This document shows, one piece after another, positions 36,801 to 50,372 of a DNA stretch of 64,000 nucleotides. The notes under the pieces are model-generated. The model ran no database searches, was not told where the DNA came from, and saw only the letters and a list, made by a program, of their open reading frames with translations. The DNA is taken from the NCBI GenBank assembly GCA_030390025.1, contig CM059431.1, positions 126,110,001-126,174,000 on the forward strand. The letters are read 5' to 3'. Within the stretch, counting starts at the first letter, position 1. The number at the start of each line of letters is the position of its first letter. The stretch comes from Squalus acanthias (Eukaryota). The position numbers were made by a program, and so were the translations under genes.

Positions 36801-38112
36801 TAATCAAGGATAGTCAGCATGGCTTTGTCAGGGGGAGATCATGTCTGACCAATTTGATTGAATTTTTCGAGGGAGTGACTAGGCGTGTGGATGAGGGTAG
36901 TGCAGTTGATGTGGTCTACATGGACTTCAGTAAGGCTTTTGACAAAGTCCCGCATGGGAGACTGGTCAAGAAGGTAAGAGCCCATGGGATCCAGAGCAAC
37001 TTGGCACATTGGATCCAAAATTGGCTTAGTGGCAGGAGGCAGAGGGTGATGGTCGAAGGTTGTTTTTGTGACTGGAAGCCTGTGTCTAGTGGTGTACCGC
37101 AGGGATCGGTGCTGGGTCCTTTGCTGTTTGTAGTGTACATTAATGATTTAGATATGAATGTAGGAAGTATGATCAGTAAGTTCGCAGATGACACGAAAAT
37201 TGGTGGAGTGGTAAATAGCGAGGAGGGAAGCCTCAGGCTTGCAGGACGATATAGATGGGTTGGTTAGATGGGCAGAACAGTGGCAAATGGAATTTAACCC
37301 TGAAAAGTGTGAGGTGATGCATTTTGGGAGGACTAACAAGGCAAGGGAATACACAATGAATGGTAGGACCCTAGGAAGGACAGAGGATCAGAGGGACCTT
37401 GGTGTGCATGTACATAGATCCCTGAAAGCAGCAGGACAGTTAGATAAGGTGGTTAAGAAGGCATATGGGTTACTTGCCTTCATTAGCCGAGGCATAGAAT
37501 ATAAGAGCAGGGAGGCTATGATGGAGCTGTACAAAATGCTAGTTAGGCCACAGCTGGAATACTGTGTGCAGTTCTGGTCGCCACACTATAGGAAGGATGT
37601 GATTGCATTGGAGAGGGTGCAGAGGAGATTCACCAGGATGTTACCTGGGCTGCAGCGCTTCAGCTATGAAGAGAGACTGGACAGGCTGGTGTTGTTTTCC
37701 TTAGAGCAGAGAAGGCTGAGGGGAGACTTGATTGAGGTGTACAAAATTATGAGGGGCATAGATAGGGTAGATAGAAAGGAACTTTTCCCCTTAGTAGAGG
37801 GGTCAATAACCAGGGGGCATAGTTTCAAGGTAAGGGGCAGGAGGTTTAGAGGGGATTTGAGGAAAAATCTTTTTCACCCAGAGGGTGGTTGGAATCTGGA
37901 ACTCACTGCCTGAAAGGGTGGTAGAGGCAGGAACCCTCACAACATTCAAGAAGCATTTAGATGAGCACTTGAAACGCCATAGCATACAAGGCTACGGACC
38001 AAGTGCTGGAAAATAAGATTAGAATAGACAGGGCTTGATGGCTGGCGCGGACACGATGGGCCGAAGAGCCTCTTTCTGTGCTGTATAACTCTATGGCTCT
38101 ATCTATGACTCT
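33854..38112 (+). mobile_element. Full-length CR1 LINE C, decayed
   Basis: 5-bp TSD AATGC (33849-33853, 38113-38117); ORF1 34149-35085 (CSSC..CRKC, GDS/GTND/DGLH); ORF2 fragments 35210-37913 with FADD; CTATGACT-type tail. Confidence 0.95.
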
Positions 38113-39926
38113 AATGCTCAATGCATGACACCCCAATCACTTACCTACCAACAATCGCTACCAAACAAGAGGCACACTTCACATTCCTAGCTTCACCTCA
38201 CCCTCACACACTTTACCACTGCTGCAAGCCTCACACCCACATCTCACAGCTTGAACACAGTAAGTTATTCAACCATGACAGACACATCACACACACACAT
38301 TGCACCACACTCACTGACACACTTCCCTATCGCTTGCAGGAAAAGGTGGGCATAACCAGTGCCAGCAGATGTTAACCAGCAGGGGGCAGGCTTGCCTTCA
38401 TGACCTCACCCCCATGAAGGAGACGGTGCTGGGCATTCTTGGCAGGGGCATGGCTGAGCCCATGGCCAGCGGTGGGGCTGAAAGAATACATGATGCCAGT
38501 ATCCTCATACGTTATCCTCCTCACATTCCACTTCCCCTCATCCCACAATATCTTCTGATTTGCAAGCTGCACATGGTGTAAGCATGCACCTCTTGATTTC
38601 CCCCCCTCCCCTCACCACAACTCTTCCCTTGTGCCTTTCTCATTTCAGACAGCCAAGATATCCAGCCTGCCCAGCCAATGGTTGAACAAGAAGAGGGAGA
38701 GGAAAGTGAAGAAGAAGAAGAAATAGCATCACTCGATTTCACATTCCCAGCCACCAGCTCAGATACTGACACACCAATTACTTTAGAGGATAGTTTAGAC
38801 ATGGGATCTGCAGGTGGTGAGAGACGGGCACGAGTGGGCTGCTGCCAGCTCCCCAGAGGGCTATGTTGCGCATGAGTTCCGTTGCGCAAGACTCAGATAA
38901 AGACTTTGATGGGGCGGCCTACAGAAGAAGGCTGATGGGTATGCACAATGAAATGCTGGGTGCATTGGAAGGCCTGCCAGAAAGCCTGAATGCAATGTCA
39001 AGGAGCATGGAGGTGTCCAGCTCCAGCATAGCACGGGGATTTGGGCAGAGCTTGGAGCCCATCCTTTCCAGTGTGGAAGGGCTGGGCAGATCCATTAACA
39101 CACTTGTGGACCCAACCATCATGCTGTGTCTGATGGCCGAAGTCTCAGCACCCATTGCAGCTCAAGCAGAAGTCACCTAACTTCTGAATGTTTCAGTGGA
39201 AGCTCAGACTGAAGTCGTGGAAGCTCAGACTGAAGTCATGCAAGCACAGACTGCTGCCATCATGGCTGGGTTTACCAGTGTTGAAAGGGGCTTGCAGAGT
39301 GTCACAGCAGTCCAGCAATCTGTACTCCAGCAGATTACTAGGATTGCTGAGGTGCTGCCCCGGGGGAGTGGCAGTGGCTCCGTGAAGGACAACCCTGCTG
39401 TCCTCTCTCAGGATGACAGCATTCGTCCTCCCACCACTGCCACTCCGCCAGTGCCCTTGCTGATGACCGTCAGCCAGCCAGCCAGTCCAGGCTGCTGCTG
39501 CCCATGCCAAAGTGGTGCAGTCGAAGCTGGACCTACTAGGCCCAGTGCTCCTCGAGGCCATCCTGCAAGGCCATCTGCAGTCTCCCCCACTGAAAGTCAG
39601 CAGCCTTCCACCAGCCATGCTACAGCCACTGGGCTAGCACTGCGTATCACAAGACAATCACTAAGGGAATGCATAAGGGTGTTATTTAATATTTTGATGT
39701 AATATTGGATGCATATATGGATAAAGTTGGATTGGAAAGTTTGCTTTTTTTTCCAACATTGTGGTCAAGAGGATGCTGTGATGGTCAGTAAAAGAGGAAA
39801 GGCAAGGTGTGGGACTAATGTTGAATGGGGAATTGGGGTTGTGTTCACTCGTACCATAGGTGAATGATTCGATCCCGGATATCCTGGCCAGAAAAGGGCT
39901 GTCTGGGTTCCCTTCTTTCTTCCGCT

Positions 39927-39970
39927 GTCTCCTCCTCCTCCTCCTCCTCTTCCATTCTTCCTCTTCTGCT

Positions 39971-40001
<31 letters not shown>

Positions 40002-40005
40002 TCTC
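39927..40005. repeat. (TCC/TTC)n tract encoding the poly-Glu tail of the H3 transposase remnant
   Basis: Directly visible; ORF 39682-40026 EEEEEEEEE. Confidence 0.85.
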
Positions 40006-42189
40006 CCTCTGGGAGCAGCTGCTCACCTTTGCTGGCTCTGCTCTATCTCCATGTCATGCTGCAGCCCATGAGGGACTGCAACTAGAGCCCCCAGGACTGG
40101 GAGAAAGTAGTGTTCTCGGAGCCCTTTCTTTAAGAGCCAAAGCCTTGCAAATGTCCAGCAGCACTTCCTGCACACTTTAACAACTTTTTAAATGTCTTAC
40201 ACCCAGCCACTACTCAAATAAACTGTACAGGAACCAGTACAAAAGTAAAAAGCAAGTTACCTCAAAGTTGCGTGGGTCCCTTTAAGTAGCGCTGGTGCGC
40301 TGGTGTGGGGTCCGTCATGCAGCTGAACACACGTTCAGCTCAGCGTGCTTTGGAAAGGGCATACAGTCGAGCGGCGATGTCCAAAATAGCAGGTCGTGTG
40401 TCAATGTTCCCACTAAGCTGTGCAGCCGAGCATTCATCTGCTAGGTCCCGCACAGGCCGCTCACCAGCTTTTATATTGTGCATGTGCAAAAACTTGAAAG
40501 GGCCGCCTATTGTGGGAGACAGGCCGCGCAGGAGGCAGTGTGGCTTATGGGGGACATGGTTGTGTGTCAATTCAGTGTTACACACTGATTGATGCCACGA
40601 TCTGCCTCATCAGCATTCTTCTGCCGAACACAGGCAACGGCCGCGCTACCAAAATGGTGACCATCGCGGCCCACGCCAGAAGTGGGCAGAAGCGAGGCGG
40701 CTGCCATTTTTCTGCCGAAACCGGTCTTACTAAGAGGGGAATTTTGCGGCCCTTGAACCTGTTTGTAGCCCCATTCAACTACAGAGCAAGGCAATGTATC
40801 TGCACAGCACATCCCCATTTTAAATATTGATCTGTTGGCTGCACAGGTTTCCAATGATAGTACCACAGGGCTCAAAGTAACCTCATTATTGTAGGGGAAT
40901 GATCAAGAGTGGAGACTGACAGGTCTTGTCAATTCCTCTTTGTGCAAAGAAAATAACAAGCCTTGCTAGTGAATCATTTGGCAGACAAGGTATACTACAG
41001 GTGGACACAAACCAACTATTAAATTACCACCTTCACGAGAAGATTTGAGAGAAGCCATCAACACAGCAAAAATGCTGTCACAGTTGTTCCTATATTAAGA
41101 AATCTGCCCAAATCAGGTATCATTAATCTTACAGGATGCTCTCCTTTCATCAGTGTGTTGTTATATATGTCCAGCTTGTGTCAGCAAGATGCTCTCCACA
41201 GTCATTGAAGAGCAACTTGCATTTTCTTACAACGTTTCTGTTTTTGAAAATATTTTTCTGTGGTGGGGGAGCCATCTGTGATATTTTATGGTCCTTCCGC
41301 CCACCATATTGGTAAAGGATATATAGGCGCCCAGGGCCTATGCCTGAAACAGGCGTTAGGGCCTTTGCATATGTAAATAGGGAGTCTAAAGCATGTTTCA
41401 GGACCCCCTCCTGATATTGGGCTGACCTGAACGCAGCCAGCGCCAGTGTACTAAGGAGTCTCTTAAAGGATGAAAGAGAGGTGTTGAGGCAGAGGGAATG
41501 GCAGAGTGTGCAGCTGAAGGTATAGGTTAACAAATTGAAATCTCCTAGCCAGAATGCAAAGATTTAAAGTTATTTTTTTTGGCAGTTTTATCATGCTCTT
41601 TTCTCTCCTTTCTTTCTTATCTCTGTCTCTATTTCTCTCTCTCTCTTTATGCTACTATTAACTATATGTGATGGTGCAAGGCAGGTCTGTTATGATTTTG
41701 TACCATAGTGTCATGTTGCAAGTAACATGTGATGTACAACATATGAAATGCAAGTGTTGCTTTGCTTAATTATGTACAAAAGTGAGCCTGATTAAATTGT
41801 CTTGATTTTATGTGCAAAGTTAAGTTTCTATCCAGCAATGTGTATTTGACTGGTCTGCAGCTGGCAGACTGGATGGTAAGTGAATGATTGACATGTCTCC
41901 CACTGCTTCCATTTCCAGTTGCACTTGTTTTCACTCAAGCATGTCTATCACTGCATCTGAACTTTTAAGCAAAAGGTGAACCTCTCCACTGAGAGATTTG
42001 CACTGTTGGGTCATTGATCCATATTTAAAGAGAACCACTGGATTTTTTTCTATTGCACAAATGGAGTGTGTTGCTATATAAAATTCTACAAGTAATTTAT
42101 ATAATAGTGAAAAGATATCAACGTAGGGTTATTGGAATTTTGAACGAAAAGTCCAATGGTTCCTAAAAAGCGCCTCTTTTTGTAGATCA

Positions 42190-42700
42190 GCCCATCTATC
42201 TGCCTTTTCATTTCCATGGACCTGTTCTTATTCCATAATATTATTATTATATTCTGTTCGAGAAACATCCATCTCAATTTTCTTCTTGTTCCTAATTTGC
42301 TAATTTTTAATTCGTGTTCCCTGGAATTTGAATCCTGCATCACAATTTAACTGGATTCATTTTGCCAATGCTCCCCATTATCTTGAATGTTTCAAACTGT
42401 CCTGTTTGCAAAGAAAATAGCTCCAAATTTCTTAACCTTTTCTCATAACTTAAATTCCTGATTCTGGAAGCATGTTTAGTGTTTGCCTTTGCATCGTCTC
42501 AAGGGCAGTCAAATCCTTCCCTTGAGTCGGTGACCAAGTAAGGTGGAATGGCATTCCAGGAGGATTCTGACTGCCTTATGCAGCAACAGGGTAATCTTCT
42601 TATGATTTCTGCTCTGTCCATTTTCTAATGCAAACCATCGACTGCAGTGCCATTTTTTACTGCGGCTAAGCAGTGTGCTGCCAGATTCAGAGGGTGCATG
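42190..42700 (-). mobile_element. Very old CR1 ORF2 3' fragment
   Basis: SREHELKI...RWMFLEQNIIIILWN resembles the CR1 C-terminus TRGHSLKL...RNFFTQRVVNLWN. Confidence 0.55.
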
Positions 42701-43625
42701 ATAGTGTCAGCAGGAAGTAATTTTGCTTTGTTCTGACACTAAAGGGGGAATTTTCCCAGCCCTGAGGAGGTGGGTTTGGAGGAGGGACTGCTGGGGAAAA
42801 TGGGAAAAATTGGGCCGGGCTCCCAACCCGCCTCCAAACCATCTTCCCGGGAGGTGGGTCCTCGACTCGCGCAGGAACCCTTCTCCTGGCGGCGGGAAGG
42901 GGATTAGAGCAAATTAGTAGTTAATAGGCAGTTAAGAGGCTTTTCACCATTTTCAGCCTGCTGATGTAGCCTTCCCGATGGCGGGAAAGGATCAGCGAGG
43001 CAAGCTGTGGGTCTGCTGGAGTGCAAGTGTGCAAATGACAGCTGCAGAGGTAGTGTGATGGGAGCAATTGTGCACAGGTAATTATGACAGGTGAGAGAAT
43101 GTAGTGAGAAATATTTTTATTCTGTTTATATGTATCTGCAGGTGGCAAGATTTGATGTTTCTGTGAAGCCTCATCTGATCGGGAGAATTGACAGATGGCT
43201 TCTGCAATCTCACATGCAGCTGCCATTTGCCTTCTCCTAAGGAGAGAGTCATTGGTGGGCCTGGGTGCAAGGGCTCACCTTTGGACAGTGATTGTCAGTG
43301 TTTGACAGCACCTCAATGCAGTCAAACACTGACAATTCATCTTTCAAAAAATTATGGGGCCTGTCCCTTTTAAGAAAACCGGCAGATGAAGCAGCATGCA
43401 CTGATGTCATCTGACACCGACTTTCCCTTAATTGGCCGGCAAGCCCACAGGGCGGGCATAACAAGGCCAATCAAAGAAAAATAGCGTCTGTTCATCAGAC
43501 GTTGCTGGGGGTGGGATTAAAACCTGAAAACCAGCAGTCCCGACTAACATTTTGTAGGTAAATCCAGAGTTACGGCATGAACTATTTCCAGAGAGGAAGA
43601 GGATGGAATATGAGTAAGTATTACT

Positions 43626-46600
43626 GGGAACGGTAGCATAGTAATTATGTTACTGGACTAGTAATCCAGAGGCCTGGACTAATGATCCAGAGACGTGAGT
43701 TCAAATACCACCATGGCAGCTGGGGAATTTAAATGTAGTTAATTAAATAAATCTGGAATAAAAAGCTACTATCAGTAATGGTAACCATGAAACTATCGGA
43801 TTGTCGTAAAAACCCATCTGGTTCACTGATGTCCTTTAGGTCTGGCCTATATGTGACCCATAGCAATGTGGTTGACTCTTAACTGCCCTCTGAAATGGCC
43901 GAGCAAGCCACTCAGTTGTAAAAAAACGCTATGAAAAACATTAAGAAAAAAAACAAACGGACCACCGGCATCGACTTCAGTACCAGCTACTGACACGATA
44001 ACGGCACACCCAGCCCTAACATCTGGGGACTTGTGCCAAAATTGGGAGAGCTGTCCCACAGACTAGTCAAGCAACAGCCTGACATAATGATACTCACAGA
44101 ATCATACCTTTCAGCCAATGTCCCAAACTCCTCCATCACCATTCCTAGCTATGTCCTGTCCTACCAGGGGAGGCAGCTCAGTGATATACAGTTGGGAGGG
44201 AGTGGCCCTGGGAGTCCTCAACATTGACTCCAGAGTCCATGAAGGTCAAGCAGGGGCAAGAAAACCTCATGCTGATAACCATCTACTGCCCCCCATCAGC
44301 TGATCAATCAGTACTCCTCCATGTTGAACACCACTTGGAAGAAGCTGTTGCAAGGGCACAGAATGTACTCTGGGTGGGGGACTTCAATGTCCATCACCAA
44401 GAGTGGCTCGGTAGCACCACTACTGACCATGCTGACCTGAAGGATATAGCTGCCAGTCTGGACCTGCGACAAATGATGAGAGAACCAACACGAGGGAAAA
44501 ACCTACTTGACATCAGCCTCACCAATCTACCTGTCACAGATGTATCTGTCTATGACAGCACTGGTAGCAGTGACCGCCGCACAGTCCTTGTGGAGACGAA
44601 GTCCCGTCTTCACACTCAGGGTACCCACCATCGTGTTGTGTGTCACTACCACCGTGCTAAATGGGATAGATTCAGAACAGATCTAGCAGTTCAAAACTGG
44701 GCATCCATGAGGCGCTGTGGGCCATCAGCAGCAGCAGAATTGTATTCCACCACAATCTGTAACCTTATGGCATGGCATATCCCTCACTCTACCATTACCA
44801 TCAAGCCAGGGGACCAATCCATCAAGCCAGAAGCAGCACCAGGAGTATCTAAAAATGAGGTGCCAACCTGGGGAAGCTGCAACACAGGACTACATGCATG
44901 CTAAAAAGCGGAAGCAGCATGCTATAGACAGAGCTAAGCGATCCCACAATCAAGGGATCAGATCAAAGCTCTGCAATCCTGGCACATCCAGTGGACCATT
45001 AAACAACTCACGGGAGGAGGAGGCTCCATGAATATCCCCATCCTCAATGATGGTGCAGCCCAGCACGTGAGTGCAAAAGACAAGGCTGAAGCATTTGCAA
45101 CCATCTTCAACCAGAAGTGCCGAGTGGATGATTCATATCGGCATTCTCCTGAGGTTCCCACCACCACAGAAGCCAGTCTTCAGCCAATTCGATTCACTTC
45201 ACGTGATATCAAGAAACGGCTGAGCGCACTGAATACAGCAAAGGCTATGGGCCCCGACAACATCCCGGCTATCGTGCTGAAGACTTGTGCTCCAGAACTA
45301 GTCGTGCCTCTAGCCAAGCTGCTCCAGTACAGCTACAACACTGGCATCTACCCGACAATGTGGAAAACTGCCCAGGCATGTCCTGTCCACAAAAAGCAGG
45401 ACAAATCCAATCCAGCCAATTATTGCCCCATCAGACTACTCTCAATCATCAGCAAAGTGATGGAAGGTGTCATCAACAGTGCTATCAAGAGGCACTTACT
45501 CACCAATAACCTGCTCACTGATGCCCAGTTTGGGTTCCGCCAAGACCACTTGGCTCAAGACCTTGTTACAGCCTTGGTCCAAACATGGGCAAAAGAGCTG
45601 AATTCCAGAGGTGAGGTGAGAGTGACTGCCCTTGACATCAAGGCAGCTTTTGACCGAGTGTGGGATCAAGGAGCCCTAGTAAAACTGAAGTCAATGGGAA
45701 TCGGGGGGGAAACTCTCCACTGGCTGGAGTCATACCTAGCACAAAGGAAGATGGTTGTGGTGGTTGGAGGTCAATCATCACAGCCCCAGGACATCGCTGC
45801 AGGAGTTCCTCAGGGTAGTGTCCTAGGCCCAACTATCTTCAGCTGCTTCATCAATTACCTTCCCTGCATCATAAGGTCAGAAGTGGAGATGTTCGCTGAT
45901 GACTGCACAGTGTTCAGTGCCATTTGCAACTCCTCAGATAATGAAGCAGTCCATGCCTGCATGCAGCAAGACCTGGATGACATTCAGGCTTGGGCTGATA
46001 AGTGGCAAGTAACATTCACGCCATACAAGTGCCAGGCAATGACTATCTCCAAAAGCACGCATCTAACCATTCAACACCATTACAAGAGCAGGTCAGAGTC
46101 TGGGTAATCTGCGGCAAATGTCTCACCTCCTGACTCCCCAAAGCCTTTCCACCATCTACAAGGCACAAGTAAGGAATGTGATGGAATTGTCTCCACTTGC
46201 AGGATGAGTGCAGCTCCAAAAACACTCAAGAAACTTGACACCATCCAAGCCAAAGCAGCCCACTTGATTGGCACTCCATCCACCACCTTAAACATCCACT
46301 CCCTCCACCATCGGCGTACCGTGGCTGCAGAGTGTACCATCTACAAGATGCACTGCAGCATTTCGAAAGGCTTCTTTGGCAGCACCTTCCAAACCTGCAA
46401 CCTCTACCACCTAGAAAGACAAGGGCAGCAGGAGCATGGAAACACCACCACCTACAAGTTCCCCTCCAAGTCAGACACCATCCTGACTTGGAAATATATC
46501 GCAGTTCCTTCATCGTCGCTGGGTCAAAATCCTGGAACTCCCTCCCTAACAGCTCTGTGGGAGTACCTTCACCGCAAGGACTGCAGCGGTTCAAGAAGGC

Positions 46601-46692
46601 AGCTCACCACCACCTTCTCAAGGGCTACTAGGGATGGAAAATAAATGCTGGCCTTGCCAGCGACGCCCACATCCCATGAATGAATAAAAATA
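43626..46692 (+). mobile_element. Copy 3 of the tRNA-headed single-ORF LINE, near full length, decayed
   Basis: Head GGGAACGGTAGCATAG, B box GTTCAAATA 43699-43707; APE ORFs 44033-44904 (VGDFNVHH), RT ORF 45028-46107 (FADD); same 3' UTR and tail. Confidence 0.93.
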
Positions 46693-46777
46693 AATTGTGC
46701 TTCCCTGGGTCAGGCGGTTGCAAATCAGCAGTCTAAAGTCAAGTCCTGGGCCCCCATTACAATCAATGGAGATACTA

Positions 46778-46933
46778 GGTAGATTTTCAACTTGCACCCA
46801 GGCGTAAAACTGATATTGAAGTTTGTTTGCCCATATAGAAATTGCTTAATATTCATTTCCATTGATGTTAGTGGATAGGTCAGCCGATCCACAACATCAA
46901 TTTTATGCCCGAGAGTCAAGTTGAATATTTACC
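46778..46933. mobile_element. MITE with ~40-bp imperfect TIRs, Harbinger/Tourist-like
   Basis: GGTAGATTTTCAACTTG... versus ...CAAGTTGAATATTTACC; flanks CTA / TTA. Confidence 0.65.
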
Positions 46934-46967
46934 TTAATGTGTCAGTAATGGGACTGAGGCGGAGGGG

Positions 46968-48462
46968 AAACATAAGGACATAAGAATTAGGAGCAGGAGT
47001 AGGCTGATCTTCGACCTCAACTCCACTTTCCCGCCTTATCTCCATATCCCTTGATTCCCCTCGAATCCAAAAATCTATCTATCTTAGCCTTGAATATACT
47101 CAACGATTCAGCATCCACAGCCCTCAGGGGCAGATAATTCCAAAGATTCACAACCCGCTGAACGAAGAAATTCCTCCTCATCTCAGTTTTAAATGGTCTA
47201 CCCCTTATCCTGAGACTATGCCCCCTAGTCCTGGACTCTCTAGCCAAAGGAAACAATCTCTCAGCATCTACCCTGTCAATCCCCCTCAGAATCTTATATG
47301 TTTCAATGAGATCACCTCTCATTCTTCTAAATTCCAGAGAGCATAGGCCCAATTTATTAAATTTTTCCTCATAGGACAACCCTCTCATGCCAGGGATCAA
47401 TCTAGTAAACCTTTGTTGCACCACCTCCAAGGTAGGTATGTTCTTCCTCAGATAAGGAGAGAAAATCTGTGCACAGTACTCCAGGTGTGTTCTCACCAAA
47501 ACCCTGTACAATTGTAATAAGACTTCCTTACACTTGTACTCCAACCCCCTTGCAATAAAGACCAACATGCCATTTGCCTTCCTAATTGCTTGCTGCATCT
47601 GCATGCTAACTTTCTGTGTTTCCTGTACGAGGACACCTAAATTTCTTTGAACACCAACATTTAATAGTTTCTCACCATTTAAAATTCATTCTGTTTTTCT
47701 ATTGTACCAAAGTGAATAACCTCACATTTCTTCACATTCTACTCCATCTGCCACCTTATTGCCCATTCACTTAACCTGTCTATATCAATTTGAAGGCTCT
47801 TTGTGTCCTCCTCACAGCTTACTTTCCCACTTAGCTTTGTATCGTCAGCAAACTTGGATACATTGCCCTCGGTCCCTTCATCTAAGTCATTAATATAGAT
47901 TGTAAATAGCTGAGGCCCAAGCACTGATCCTTGGGGCACCCCACTAGTTACAGACTGCCAACCGGAAAATGACCCATTTGTCCCTATTCTCTGTTTTATG
48001 TCCATTAACCAATCCTCTAATATATTACCCCCAACCCCATGAGCCCTTATCTTGTGTAGCAACCTTTTATGTGGCATCTTATCGAATGTCTTTTGGAAAT
48101 CCAAATATACTACATCCATTGGTTTCCCTTTATCTACCCTGCTAGTTACATCCTCAAAAAACTCTAATAAATTTGTTAAACATGATTTCCCTTTCATAAA
48201 ACCATGTTGACTCTGCCTAATCATATTATGATTTTTTTAAGTGCCCTGATACCACTTCCTTAACAATGGATTCCAGCATTTTCCTGACTACTGATGTCAG
48301 GCTAACTGGCCTGTAGTTCTTTATTTTCTCTCTCCCTCCTTTCTTGAAAAGTGTGGTTACATTTGCTACCTTCAAATCCACTGGGACCGTTCTAAAATCT
48401 AGGGAATTTTGGAAGCTCACAACTAATGCTTCCACTATCTCTGCAGCCACCTCTTTTAGAAC
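46968..48462 (-). mobile_element. 5'-truncated CR1 LINE D
   Basis: RT fragments 47017-48450 (FADDTK); octamer tail at 46968-46987. Confidence 0.93.
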
Positions 48463-48519
48463 CTCTTTTTAGAAAAGATTGGCATTGAGCATTTTAGGTT
48501 TAGAGATGTATCCAAAAGT

Positions 48520-49172
48520 GCCCAATATCAAACTATCCGGCTCGTCTCCACCTCAACCTCAGCCCATCTGCTGATGAAACCCTCAGCTATGCCTTTGTCA
48601 TCTGCAAACTCAACTATTGCCTTGCTCTCATGGTAGGTGTCCCATTCTTCACCATCCATAAACTTCAGCTCCTCCAAAACTCTGTTGCCTGTATCCTATC
48701 TTGTGCCAAGTCTTGCTAGCCAATCATACCTGTTCTTGCTGACTTACATTGGCTCCCAATGTCCCAACATCTACATTTTAAAATGTTATTCCTTGTGTTT
48801 AAATCCATTCATAGCCTCACTCATTCCTATTTCTGTAAACTCCTCCAACCCTATGACGACCACCACACACCCGCCCCCCGCGCCCCGTCCTTTCTTGGTC
48901 ATCCCTCCAACCTTTGCCCCACTAATTGTGACCATGATTTCAGATATTTAGGTTGTACACTGTGGAATTCCCTCCCAAAACTTCTCCACCTCTCCATCTC
49001 AATCTCTTCTTTTAAGACCCTCCTTAGAATCCACCTCTTTGACCAAGTTTTTAGTCACCCCTGCTAATGTATCCTTCTTTGGCTCAACATCCATTTTTTG
49101 TCTCATTATGCCACTATGAAGCGCCTTGGAATGTCTTTCTATACTAAAGGCACCAGTAGTAATAGTTGTTGT
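48520..49172 (+). mobile_element. Old L2 LINE 3' fragment
   Basis: L2 C-terminal motifs: HFKMLFLVFKSIH, LWNSLP, SFKTLLRIHLF. Confidence 0.8.
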
Positions 49173-49197
49173 ATATGATAGCATAACCCAGAGGGTT

Positions 49198-50372
49198 AAC
49201 ATAAGAACATAAGAAATAGGAGCAGGAGTAGGCCAAACGGCCCCTCGAGCCTGCTCCGCCATTCAATAAGATCATGGCTGATCTGATCCTAACCGCCAAT
49301 CTACTATCTATCACAGAACCATCTCCTGCATCTAACAGAATTGCACACACGAAATAGGAGCAGAATCAGGCTACACAGTCCCTGGGCCCGCTCCACTACC
49401 CACAGGGCCATGACCGATCCGAACCTAGACTCATGTCCAAATTCCTGCCCGCTCCCCGTAACCCTTAATGCCCTTTACTTCTAGGAAACTGTCTATTTCT
49501 GTTTTAAATTTAATTAATGTTGTAGCTTCTACAGCTTTTTGTGGCAGCATATTCCATGGACCTACCACCCTCTGAGTGAAGTAGTTCCTCCTCATCTCAG
49601 TTTTGAAAGAGCAGCCCCTTATTCTAAGACTATGTCCCCTAGTTCTCGTCTCACCCGTCATCGGGAACATCCTCCCCGCATCCACCCGATCCAACCCCTT
49701 CACAATCTTATATGTTTCAATAAGATCGCCTCTCATTCTTCTGAACTCCAATGAGTAGAGTCCCAATCTACCCAACCTCTCCTCATATGACCACCCCCTC
49801 ATCCCCGGGATTAACCGAGTGAACCTTTTTTGCACTGCCTCGAGAGCAAGGATGTCTTTCCTTAAGTAAGGACACCAAAACTGTATGCAGTATTCCAGGT
49901 GCGGTCTCACCAATACCTTGTACAACTGAAGCAATACCTCCCTATTTTTATATTCTATCCCCCTAGCAATGAAAGCCAACATTCCATTTGCCTTCTTAAT
50001 CACTTGCTGCACCTGCATACTAACCTTTTGAGTTTCGTGCACCAGGACCCCCAGATCCCTTTGCACTTCAGTACTCTCCAGTTTCTTGCCATTAAGATAA
50101 TAAATTGCTCTAGGATTTTTCCTGCCAAAGTGCATCACCTCACACTTTCCAGTGTTGTATTCCATCTGCCAAATCTCTGCCCACTTACTTAGCCTGTCTA
50201 TGTCCCCTTGCAGGTTTTTTATGTCCTCCTCACTCACTACTTTCCCTCCCATCTTTGTATCATCTGCAAATTTTGATATGTTACACTTGGTCCCTTCCTC
50301 CAAATCGTTAATATAGATTGTGAAGAGTTGGGGACCCAGCACTGACCCCTGTGGAACACCACTAGTTACTGG
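49198..50372 (-). mobile_element. 5'-truncated CR1 LINE E with duplicated 3' UTR
   Basis: Open 303-aa ORF2 C-terminus 49431-50342; TSD GGTTAACA (49194-49201, 50371-50378); (TTCTTATG)n tail. Confidence 0.94.

Larger units (their letters stand above)
33291..40752. mobile_element. Harbinger H3 (same family as H2), split by CR1 C; Myb gene remnant (+), transposase (-) almost wholly deleted
   Basis: 33291-33853 and 38113-39900 are collinear with H2; TIR-like ends GGGGTGAAATTGG and AATTTTGCGGCCC are only a weak match. Confidence 0.85.

Noticed and set aside
42743..43570. Further MITE-like GC-richer patches (also 1-270, 41270-41450, 54320-54830)
   Set aside because: Resemble non-autonomous DNA transposons, but I could not pair termini or TSDs.
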